Below are positions 55,166-64,000 of a DNA stretch of 64,000 nt, piece after piece (the first letter of the stretch is position 1; each line of letters begins with the position of its first letter). Position numbers and translations under genes: made by a program. The stretch lies in assembly GCA_021463145.1 (NCBI GenBank), contig JAJTWZ010000010.1:6766-70765 (forward strand). Direction: 5' to 3'. This stretch comes from Blastocatellia bacterium (GTDB lineage Bacteria; Acidobacteriota; Blastocatellia; UBA7656; JADIYM01). A model generated the notes under the pieces. It did no database searches. It had not been told where the DNA came from and worked only from the letters and a program-made list of their open reading frames with translations.

Positions 55166-56095
55166 CTACAGCCCCATCAGATCGACCAGCTCCTGCACCG
55201 CCGCCGCGGACTTGTGCAGCGCCGCGCGCTCCTCGGACGTAAGCCCGACCTCGACGATCTGCTCGATGCCGCCCGATCCGAGCTTTACCGGCACGCCGAC
55301 GTACAGCCCGTTGATCCCATACTCGCCCTCGAGGTAGGCCGCGCACGGCAGGATCTTCTTCTTGTCCTTGAGGATCGCTTCGCACATGTCGACCGTCGCC
55401 GCCGACGGCGCGTAGTACGCCGATCCCGTCTTGAGCAGCGCGACGATCTCCGCACCACCCGACGCCGTCCGAGCGTTGATCTTCTCGATCGTGTCCGCGG
55501 GCAGCAGCTCCGTGATCGGGATGCCCGCACACGTCGAGTACCGCGGAAGAGGCACCATCGTGTCGCCGTGACCGCCGAGCACGAACGCGTTGATGTTCTC
55601 CACCGAGCAGTTCAGCGCCTCGGCGAGGAAGCACGCCATGCGGGCAGAGTCGAGCACGCCGGCCATGCCGATGACGCGCTCCTTCGGGAAGCCCGACTCC
55701 TTGAGCGCGACCTGGCACATCGCATCGAGCGGATTCGACACGATGATGATGATGCAGTTCGGCGAGTGACGTACGACTTCCTTCGTGACGCTGCGGACGA
55801 TGTCCGCGTTGGTCTTGAGCAGGTCGTCGCGGCTCATGCCCGGCTTGCGCGCGATGCCCGACGTGATGACGACGATGTCGGAGTCGGCCGACTCCTTGTA
55901 GCCGTTCGACCCCGTCAGCCGGCAATCGTATCCGAGGATCGGCGCCGACTCGGCGAGGTCGAGAGCCTTGCCCTGCGGCATTCCCTCGACAATGTCGATC
56001 AGTACGACGTCGGCGAGTTCCTTGTCTACGAGCCGGTGTGCGGCGGTCGCGCCTACGTTACCCGCCCCGACGACGGTGACTTTCTTGCGTGCCAT
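55166..56095 (-). CDS. mdh: Malate dehydrogenase (LDH-like MDH family)
   Basis: The N-terminal Rossmann motif is [13 protein letters not shown]. The substrate-specificity arginine and the catalytic histidine (GGHGDTMVP) are present. The protein is 309 aa. Confidence 0.93.
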   Translation of the reverse strand: MARKKVTVVGAGNVGATAAHRLVDKELADVVLIDIVEGMPQGKALDLAESAPILGYDCRLTGSNGYKESADSDIVVITSGIARKPGMSRDDLLKTNADIVRSVTKEVVRHSPNCIIIIVSNPLDAMCQVALKESGFPKERVIGMAGVLDSARMACFLAEALNCSVENINAFVLGGHGDTMVPLPRYSTCAGIPITELLPADTIEKINARTASGGAEIVALLKTGSAYYAPSAATVDMCEAILKDKKKILPCAAYLEGEYGINGLYVGVPVKLGSGGIEQIVEVGLTSEERAALHKSAAAVQELVDLMGL

Positions 56096-56113
56096 GGCTG
56101 CCTCCTTTGGGTA

Positions 56114-57367
<1,254 letters not shown>

Positions 57368-57524
57368 CTCTCGAATGATGTACCGGTCGCCGATGCGGAT
57401 GCGCAGCCCGCCGGCCCGGGAAAGAAGCCGCGGAGTCTACCAACCGCCCTTTGGGGTGTCAACGAACGGGTCCGGGCGCAAATCCGGCCTTTGCGGGACC
57501 GCGCGCGGCGTGCAGAATCGCGGT

Positions 57525-58037
57525 ATGACGGACGCGAAAAGAGGCGAATCGGCGCCGCTGGTCGGCGTGATCATGGGCTCGACATCGGACTGGGAAACGA
57601 TGTCGCACGCGGTCGAAGTGCTCGAGAAACTCGGTGTGCCACACGAGGTTCGCGTCGTCTCGGCGCACCGCACGCCGGACCTGCTCTTCGAGTACGCGTC
57701 GTCGGCGGAGGCGCGCGGGATCCTCGTGATCATCGCGGGTGCGGGAGGCGCTGCGCACCTGCCGGGGATGACGGCGTCGAAGACCGTATTGCCGGTGCTC
57801 GGCGTGCCCGTGGAGTCGAAGGCGCTGAAGGGCATGGACTCGCTGCTCTCGATCGCGCAAATGCCGGGCGGGATCCCGGTCGGCACGCTTGCGATCGGTA
57901 CGGCCGGCGCGATCAATGCGGCGCTGCTCGCGACGTCAATTCTCGGGACGTCGATGCCGGAGTTCCGCGCGGCGCTTCACCGGTATCGCGAGGATCAGAC
58001 GAACGCCGTGCTCGCGACGCCCGATCCGCGAGGTTGA
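57525..58037 (+). CDS. purE: N5-carboxyaminoimidazole ribonucleotide mutase PurE
   Basis: The protein has the PurE core ([40 protein letters not shown]...[14 protein letters not shown]) and is about 170 aa. The start is the ATG at 57525; the track ORF extends upstream, antisense to icd. Confidence 0.9.
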   Translation: MTDAKRGESAPLVGVIMGSTSDWETMSHAVEVLEKLGVPHEVRVVSAHRTPDLLFEYASSAEARGILVIIAGAGGAAHLPGMTASKTVLPVLGVPVESKALKGMDSLLSIAQMPGGIPVGTLAIGTAGAINAALLATSILGTSMPEFRAALHRYREDQTNAVLATPDPRG

Positions 58038-58302
58038 GGAAGGTGGAGCGATGGAAATCGACATCAGTCGCGCTGGCGAACGCGGCAGTTCGACGTCAGG
58101 AAGGGTTGGACGTCTACGGGCGTGAGTCGTCCCGGTCGCCCACTACCGGCACGGCGCCGGGCGGAGCCGTCGTTGCCATCGACTCCGAATCCTGATACTT
58201 GTGTCACGCACACCAACGAGGTGTCGCTACCCTATCCCGGTTCAGGAGTTCGCGCCGTTGACCGCTTCCGGAGCGCCCGCGCGGCGTAGGTCGCCAGACT
58301 CA

Positions 58303-59181
58303 ATGCAGGAGAACGCTCATCCGAAGGTGAACGGGGAAGACGTGTCCGAGTTCGACGCCTTCGAACCCGAGGTGGAGTCCGGTCCGCCCACGGCAATGGA
58401 TCGGGTGCGGCTTGCGCGCCATCCGGACCGTCCTTACACCCTCGACTTCATCGAGCGGATCTTCGACGACTTCTTCGAAATGCACGGTGACCGCGCTTTC
58501 GCCGATGACCCCGCGATGGTATGCGGTTGCGCGCGGTTCCGCGGACGTCCGGTCGTCGTCATCGGTCACCAGAAGGGCCGCTCGACGCGTGACCGCCAGC
58601 ACCGGAACTTCGGGATGCCGATGCCCGAGGGGTATCGAAAGGCCCTTCGAGTAATGCAGTTTGCCGAGAAGTTCGGAATGCCGGTCATCACGTTCATCGA
58701 CACGCCCGGCGCGTATCCCGGCATCGACGCCGAAGAACGCGGCCAGGCGGAAGCCATCGCCTTCAATCTGCGTGAGATGGCGAAACTGAGGGTGCCCGTC
58801 GTCTGCACCGTGACTGGCGAAGGCGGATCGGGGGGCGCTCTTGCGATCGGCGTCGGCGACGTCGTCCAGATGCTCGAGAACGCCGTCTACTCTGTCATCA
58901 CGCCCGAGGGATGCGCGGCGATTCTCTGGAAGGACTCGTCGCAGGCTCCGCGCGCGGCCGAGGCGTTGCGGATTACCGCGCCGGAATTGCTGGCCCTTGG
59001 CATCGTCGACCGGGTGATCCCCGAACCAGGCGACGGCGCTCACAACGACTTCGACGAGGCCTCGCGCCTTCTTGGCGACTCGATCGACGAGGCGCTCGCG
59101 AAGGTTGGAGCCATGCGCCCGGAAGAGCGTGTCATTGCAAGGTACGAGAAGTTCCGCCGGATGGGGCGGTACTCCGAATAG
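58303..59181 (+). CDS. accA: Acetyl-CoA carboxylase carboxyltransferase alpha subunit
   Basis: AccA motifs are present ([53 protein letters not shown]; [15 protein letters not shown]). The start is the ATG at 58303 within the track ORF. Confidence 0.88.
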   Translation: MQENAHPKVNGEDVSEFDAFEPEVESGPPTAMDRVRLARHPDRPYTLDFIERIFDDFFEMHGDRAFADDPAMVCGCARFRGRPVVVIGHQKGRSTRDRQHRNFGMPMPEGYRKALRVMQFAEKFGMPVITFIDTPGAYPGIDAEERGQAEAIAFNLREMAKLRVPVVCTVTGEGGSGGALAIGVGDVVQMLENAVYSVITPEGCAAILWKDSSQAPRAAEALRITAPELLALGIVDRVIPEPGDGAHNDFDEASRLLGDSIDEALAKVGAMRPEERVIARYEKFRRMGRYSE

Positions 59182-59358
59182 TCTGCAGGGGCAGGACCTG
59201 GAGGATCGCCCGAAGACTGGCGGGAATTTCCGGACAGAGGCGGTCGCTTTCGGCGGTCCCGCTGGTCCACCGACGATACCGCGAATCCTGTCCACTCTCA
59301 CTTCTCGATGGTATAGTGCGCGGTCTTTCGCGGACATTACCATTCTGAGGAGACCCAA

Positions 59359-60231
59359 GTGGCAGTTCTCGTCGATAGAAACACACGTTTGGTGGTGCAG
59401 GGACTAACGGGCAAGGAAGGCAGCTTCCACGCGCGCCAGATGGTCGAATACGGAACGAACGTCGTCGGTGGCGTCACCCCGGGCAAGGGTGGCACGACGC
59501 ACGAGAACATTCCGGTGTTCAACACGGTCGAGGATGCCGTTCGCGAAGCCGGCGCGAACGCAAGCGTCATCTACGTGCCGCCTCCGTTCGCTGCCGACGC
59601 GATCATGGAGGCTGCCGACGCGGGCATCGCCCTCGTCGTCTGCATCACCGAGGGCATCCCTGCGCGCGACATGGTTGGCGTTCACGCTTATCTCGCGAAT
59701 CGCAACACTCGCCTCGTCGGCCCGAACTGTCCTGGCGTCATCAGTCCCGGAATGTGCAAGGTGGGCATCATGCCCGGCCACATCCACAAGGAAGGCTCCA
59801 TTGGCGTGGTCTCGCGCTCGGGAACGCTGACGTACGAGGCCGTTCATCAGTTGACCCAACTCGGGCTGGGACAGTCGACGTGCATCGGCATCGGCGGCGA
59901 TCCGATCATCGGAACGAACCACGTCGACGCGCTCGCGCTATTCCAGGGCGACCCGGACACCGAGGCCGTCGTGATGATCGGCGAGATCGGCGGCACGGCC
60001 GAGGAAGCGGCGGCCGAGTACGTGAAGGCGAACATGACCAAGCCCGTCGTCGGCTTCATTGCGGGTCAGACGGCGCCACCGGGAAGGCGTATGGGCCACG
60101 CGGGCGCAATTATCGCGGGTGGAAAGGGAACAGCCGCCGAGAAGATGGCAGCCATGCGCGATGCAGGCATCCACGTAGTCGAGAGCCCGGCCGAACTCGG
60201 CTCGATGATGAAGTCGGTGCTGGGCCGATAG
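59359..60231 (+). CDS. sucD: Succinyl-CoA synthetase alpha subunit
   Basis: The protein aligns closely with SucD ([46 protein letters not shown]...CPGVISPG...MGHAGAII). It uses a GTG start preceded by GAGGAG. No sucC lies upstream. Confidence 0.93.
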   Translation: MAVLVDRNTRLVVQGLTGKEGSFHARQMVEYGTNVVGGVTPGKGGTTHENIPVFNTVEDAVREAGANASVIYVPPPFAADAIMEAADAGIALVVCITEGIPARDMVGVHAYLANRNTRLVGPNCPGVISPGMCKVGIMPGHIHKEGSIGVVSRSGTLTYEAVHQLTQLGLGQSTCIGIGGDPIIGTNHVDALALFQGDPDTEAVVMIGEIGGTAEEAAAEYVKANMTKPVVGFIAGQTAPPGRRMGHAGAIIAGGKGTAAEKMAAMRDAGIHVVESPAELGSMMKSVLGR

Positions 60232-60341
60232 GCAAGAGCCGCGAGCGATTGCGACCGGGCCCGATGTCCGGGCCGGCAGGTCGGAAGGTTGCCGTCCGTG
60301 TTGACGGCCCTGCAGTGATATCGGTAGAGGAGACAACAAGA

Positions 60342-60761
60342 GTGGCAGATCACACATTGGCAATCGTCAAGCCCGACGCGGTCGCGACGGGCAAGACTGG
60401 AGAGATTCTTCGCAGGTACGAAGCCGCCGGCTTCAGGATTCGGGCGCTGAAGATGGTGCAACTCAGCAAGGGCGACGCGGAACGCTTCTACGCGGTTCAC
60501 CGCGAGCGGCCCTTCTTCGGCAGCCTGACGGACTTCATGTCGAGCGGACCGTGCGTTCCGGTCTGCCTCGAAGGCGACGACATCGTGCCGCGCCTCCGCG
60601 AACTGATGGGCGCGACCGATCCGGCAAAGGCCGCCGAGGGAACGATTCGCAAGGACCTCGCCGAGTCTATCGAACGCAACGCCGTTCACGGCTCCGACTC
60701 GAACGAGAACGCGGCAATAGAACTCGCGTTTTTCTTCAGCGGTCTGGAGACGGTTCAGTAG
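60342..60761 (+). CDS. ndk: Nucleoside diphosphate kinase
   Basis: Ndk motifs are present ([10 protein letters not shown], catalytic His in NAVHGSD) and the protein is about 139 aa. The start is the GTG at 60342, preceded by GAGGAG; the track ORF is a longer upstream extension. Confidence 0.9.
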   Translation: MADHTLAIVKPDAVATGKTGEILRRYEAAGFRIRALKMVQLSKGDAERFYAVHRERPFFGSLTDFMSSGPCVPVCLEGDDIVPRLRELMGATDPAKAAEGTIRKDLAESIERNAVHGSDSNENAAIELAFFFSGLETVQ

Positions 60762-60981
60762 CGGGGACTGGACGGGATTTAAGGGATTAGACAAGGACTC
60801 GAGGGACTTCCCGAGTTACTGGCCGGCGAATTGGACTTCGCGCGAAATAGCCTGCCGCCATTGAGTCCTTTCAATTTCTCGTCGCATCCCGTTCATCCTG
60901 ACCATTTCCGGCCCCCGATTGCCCGCCGGCCCCCGTCGCGGTTAGAATGCCGAGTAATCAAGGTCGACGGAGGCTCGTGCC

Positions 60982-61722
60982 ATGATGTTGCGAATGAAGG
61001 GTTTGTTACTTGCCGCGTGCTTCGTGGCACTCGCCGGTACGGCGTCGGCGCAAGAACCCACGCCGACACTCCACACTGACGACTTGGTCAGTTATCCGCA
61101 CAGCGACACGAACGCAAGGGCCGTGGCCGATGCCAAACTGGCCGAAGCGGCTCGGGCGGAAGCTGCAGTTGCGGCGGCGTCAGGACCGGCAGAGGCTGGC
61201 TACGTTCGAGTTGACTCGCCCAGCGGCTATTCCTTCGAGAGGCCCGAGACCTGGACACCCGTCCCCGATCTCGTTGCGAAGGACGCGCCCGGTTATCTGC
61301 GATACGACGGGGTCTTTCAGGATCCGAAGACCGGCTCGGTCATCTCGGCAATTTCGGTGGATCGCACGCAGCTTCAGTCGCCAATCGACGTGGGCGATTC
61401 GGGATCCGTATCCACACTTCTCGCTACGATGCTCAATCCCAGCGGCTCGAAGGAAGGAGTCAAACTCTTTCGTCAGACGACTGGTGTCTCGAAGAACGGT
61501 GCCAAGTGGTTCCGTGTCAAAGCGCAGGGCGCCGGAAAGGCCGTCGACGGTTCGTCGGTCGATACGACCTATTGGGTACAACTGATACAGAGCGACTCAG
61601 TCCTGGCGCTGGTCGCCGTCGCTTACCCTACCGGGCAGCAGGAAGCTGCCGCCCAACGGGCGTTCCACACAGTCCGCACGCTCGAGGTCGCCGGCAACGC
61701 AGCCGCCGCGGCGAAGAAGTAG
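60982..61722 (+). CDS. Hypothetical secreted protein (signal peptide; no recognised domain)
   Basis: The N-terminus is signal-peptide-like (MMLRMKGLLLAACFVALAGTASAQ) and a GGAGG ribosome-binding site precedes the start. The protein is 246 aa and Ala-rich. Confidence 0.55.
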   Translation: MMLRMKGLLLAACFVALAGTASAQEPTPTLHTDDLVSYPHSDTNARAVADAKLAEAARAEAAVAAASGPAEAGYVRVDSPSGYSFERPETWTPVPDLVAKDAPGYLRYDGVFQDPKTGSVISAISVDRTQLQSPIDVGDSGSVSTLLATMLNPSGSKEGVKLFRQTTGVSKNGAKWFRVKAQGAGKAVDGSSVDTTYWVQLIQSDSVLALVAVAYPTGQQEAAAQRAFHTVRTLEVAGNAAAAAKK

Positions 61723-61929
61723 GGGAGAGACCACGGGATTGTAAGGATCTGAGGAGGAGTGACCGGAACGCCCGAGGGGCATTCGGGATGCGTCAGTTCG
61801 TTTCGAGACGTTTCCTGTCCTGCTTCTCCGCTGTTCACGTGAATCCTGCCCAGAATCCCGCCGATCCTGTCCTCTCCCACTGTTTGACAGAAAATGGCAT
61901 GCGTTCGTATGATCCGCGACGCGCCGAGA

Positions 61930-62004
61930 GCGGGTGTAACTCAATGGTAGAGTGTCAGCTTCCCAAGCTGAAAGTTGCGAGTTCGAGCCTCGTCACCCGC
62001 TCCA
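61930..62004 (+). tRNA. tRNA-Gly (anticodon CCC)
   Basis: The cloverleaf folds cleanly. The acceptor stem pairs GCGGGTG with CACCCGC. The D-arm is ACTC-AATGGTA-GAGT. The anticodon arm is TCAGC-TTCCCAA-GCTGA. The T-arm is GCGAGTTCGAGCCTCGT, which resembles E. coli tRNA-Gly. The discriminator is T and CCA is encoded. The molecule is 75 nt. Confidence 0.9.
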
Positions 62005-62034
62005 ACCTCTTTCGCCGGTCCTGAAGTCGAACCA

Positions 62035-64000
62035 ATGGACCCGGAACCGAGCGTCCGCATCGGCATCGACACGGGAGGCACGTTCACCGACGTCGTCGTC
62101 GGGTCGCGCGGCCATTTCCAGGCATTCAAAGTGCCGTCGACGCCCGGCGATCCGTCCGCAGCGATCGTAGAGGGGATCGCGCGCGCCCTCGCCGCAGTCG
62201 GAGAAGCCGCCGAAGTCGACGTCGTGCACGGGACTACCGTCGGGACCAACGCCTTGCTCGAGCGGAAAGGCGCTCGCACGGCGCTCGTTTCGACCGCGGG
62301 GTTCGAAGACGTGCTGTCGACGCGACGGCAGGCCCGGCCCGAGCTCTATAACCTCGACGTCGTGCCCCCGGCGCCGCTCGTCGCTCCCGAACTGACATTC
62401 GGCCTCGCCGAGCGTGTCGCGTCCGACGGCTCGGTCGTTCGAGCTCTGGTGCAGTCCGACGTGGACGAGCTCGCTCGGATGCTTCGCGCCTTCGGTGCGG
62501 AGTCGGTCGCTGTCTGCCTGCTCTTCTCGTTCGCGAACCCCGACCACGAGCGCGCGCTCGAGGACCGATTCGCGACGCTCGGTATACCGGTGTCGATTTC
62601 GCACCGTTTGCTTCCCGAATACCGCGAGTACGAGCGCGCTTCGACGGTCGCGGTGAACGCCTACCTTGCTCCTCGGATGCGCGTCTACCTGGACCGGCTC
62701 ACCGCGAAGGCCGCAGCGGCCGGCGTCGGGAAGCTTCGCGTGATGCAGTCGAGCGGCGGCATCGCTTCGGCTGCAACCGCAGCGCGCGAACCTGTACGGA
62801 CGATCCTGTCGGGACCGGCCGGCGGACTGGTCGCCGCCGAGCGCCTTATTACGGAGGCGAATCTCGGCGACCTGGTGACGTTTGACATGGGTGGGACCTC
62901 GACGGACGTTGCGCTGATCGCGGATGCTCGCGCGCGTACGACCAACGAAGCAGTCGTGGCCGGCGTTCCGGTTGCCGTTCCGATGCTCGACATCCACACG
63001 GTCGGCAGCGGCGGAGGCTCGATTGCCCGCGTCGATGACGGCGGAGCGCTTAGAGTCGGACCCGAGAGCGCCGGCGCCGATCCGGGCCCTTCCTGCTACG
63101 GCCGCGGCGATTTGCCGACCGTCACGGACGCGAACGTCGTGCTTGGACGCATCCGGCGGCTGCTAGGTGGAGCATTCGAAATCGACGTCGGCCGCGCCCG
63201 TGCCGCGATCGACAGGCTTGCGACGGAAATGGCCGAGGCATCGGGCGCGCCGGTCACTCGAGAAGCCGCCGCAGCCGGCGTGCTGCGTGTGGCGGAAGCC
63301 AATATGGAGCGCGCCCTGCGCCTCGTCTCGATCGAACGCGGCTACGACCCTCGCCGCGCGTCGCTGCTCAGTTTCGGCGGCGCCGGCGGCCTTCACGCGT
63401 GCGCGCTCGCCGGTGCGTTGCGCATGAGAAGAGTTGTCGTGCCCGTCCATCCTGGCGCGTTTTCGGCGCTTGGTCTGCTGTCTGGCCGCTTCGTCCGTGA
63501 CGTCAGCAGGACGGTGCTCGGCCGCGATTTCGATCCGGAAGCAGTGATGGCGGAACTGGAATCGGAGTCGGGAGCTTCGCTGACCGCCGAGGGCATCGAC
63601 GCGGCCCTCATCCAGTTCGAGCGTTCCGCGTCGCTGCGCTATTCGGGCCAGTCGTTCGAGATCGACGTGCCATGGGACGCCGATTCCCTCGAGGCATTTC
63701 ACCGGGAACACGGCCGGCGCTACGGACATTCGGATCGGGACCGCAGCGTCGAGACCGTCCATCTGCGTGTGCGGGCGTTCGCCGCGGCGCCGGCTATCCC
63801 ACTGGCAATGGTTACGGGCAAGCGGCTGGCCGCTGTCGCAGACTCGTCGGCACGGGTCTGGTTCGAGGAGGGAATGGTTGCGGTGAAGGTCTATGACCGG
63901 GCGGCGCTCGAGGCGGGCAATACCCTGTCCGGTCCCGCGATCGTGGAGGAATACGGCTCGACAACGCTCGTCCCTGCGGACTGGACCTTCGAAGTCGATC
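62035..64000 (+). CDS. Hydantoinase A / 5-oxoprolinase subunit A family protein (3' end truncated by the window edge)
   Basis: The N-terminus has the hydantoinase_A motif (RIGIDTGGTFTDVV) and internal motifs SHRLLPEYREYERASTV and IHTVGSGGGSIA. The reading frame was checked at several points and stays open to position 64000. Confidence 0.85.
   Translation, partial: MDPEPSVRIGIDTGGTFTDVVVGSRGHFQAFKVPSTPGDPSAAIVEGIARALAAVGEAAEVDVVHGTTVGTNALLERKGARTALVSTAGFEDVLSTRRQARPELYNLDVVPPAPLVAPELTFGLAERVASDGSVVRALVQSDVDELARMLRAFGAESVAVCLLFSFANPDHERALEDRFATLGIPVSISHRLLPEYREYERASTVAVNAYLAPRMRVYLDRLTAKAAAAGVGKLRVMQSSGGIASAATAAREPVRTILSGPAGGLVAAERLITEANLGDLVTFDMGGTSTDVALIADARARTTNEAVVAGVPVAVPMLDIHTVGSGGGSIARVDDGGALRVGPESAGADPGPSCYGRGDLPTVTDANVVLGRIRRLLGGAFEIDVGRARAAIDRLATEMAEASGAPVTREAAAAGVLRVAEANMERALRLVSIERGYDPRRASLLSFGGAGGLHACALAGALRMRRVVVPVHPGAFSALGLLSGRFVRDVSRTVLGRDFDPEAVMAELESESGASLTAEGIDAALIQFERSASLRYSGQSFEIDVPWDADSLEAFHREHGRRYGHSDRDRSVETVHLRVRAFAAAPAIPLAMVTGKRLAAVADSSARVWFEEGMVAVKVYDRAALEAGNTLSGPAIVEEYGSTTLVPADWTFEVD

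Noticed and set aside
60762-60981. GGGAYT-type short repeats and a weak hairpin (CTCGAGGGAC/TTCCCGAG) after ndk
   Set aside because: It is low-complexity with an imperfect stem and could simply be spacer sequence. Not reported as a terminator.

Overview
This 64 kb window is high-GC (about 65-68% by eye) and looks like a chromosomal segment from a Gram-negative bacterium, possibly a soil Gemmatimonadota- or Acidobacteriota-like organism. That lineage guess is inference only. Genes are tightly packed, many are translationally coupled, and no transposase, integrase, phage gene or CRISPR array is visible.

Main contents in order:
- a czcCBA-type heavy-metal RND efflux operon preceded by a small Cys/His-motif protein;
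- a site-2 protease with CBS domains coupled to an ABC1/UbiB kinase;
- def, a small membrane protein and aroC;
- a complete minus-strand phosphate regulon split into two transcription units (porin-pstB-phoU-phoB-phoR and pstS-pstC-pstA), each preceded by 11-bp-periodic GTTCAC-type direct repeats that are candidate Pho boxes;
- an nfeD-SPFH-SPOR operon, an esterase and a RodZ-like protein;
- a compact bacterial microcompartment (BMC) locus followed by a Phd/VapC-like toxin-antitoxin pair (described below);
- a coupled moaC, CheR-like methyltransferase and M50B-like membrane peptidase operon, then PBP1A;
- a TonB-dependent receptor and a secreted M36 (fungalysin) metallopeptidase with C-terminal FG-GAP-like repeats;
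- a partner-switching module with STAS and RsbW-like proteins, a GAF-PP2C phosphatase and two tandem paralogous polytopic-membrane PP2C phosphatases, with no sigma factor gene nearby;
- MltD-like lytic transglycosylase, rimO, pgpA, cinA, rmlB, mdh, icd, purE, accA, sucD (without sucC), ndk, a secreted hypothetical, tRNA-Gly(CCC) and a 3'-truncated hydantoinase A.

The most interesting candidate for a previously undescribed system is the BMC locus. It has one BMC-H shell protein, an acylating aldehyde dehydrogenase with a C-terminal encapsulation-peptide-like tail, one BMC-P vertex protein, a helix-hairpin-helix protein with a strongly basic tail, and an ACT-domain protein with an N-terminal encapsulation-peptide-like helix. 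No phosphotransacylase, alcohol dehydrogenase or signature enzyme is encoded in or next to it.

Several strong hairpins (intrinsic or bidirectional terminators) and a toxin-antitoxin operator palindrome are also annotated.
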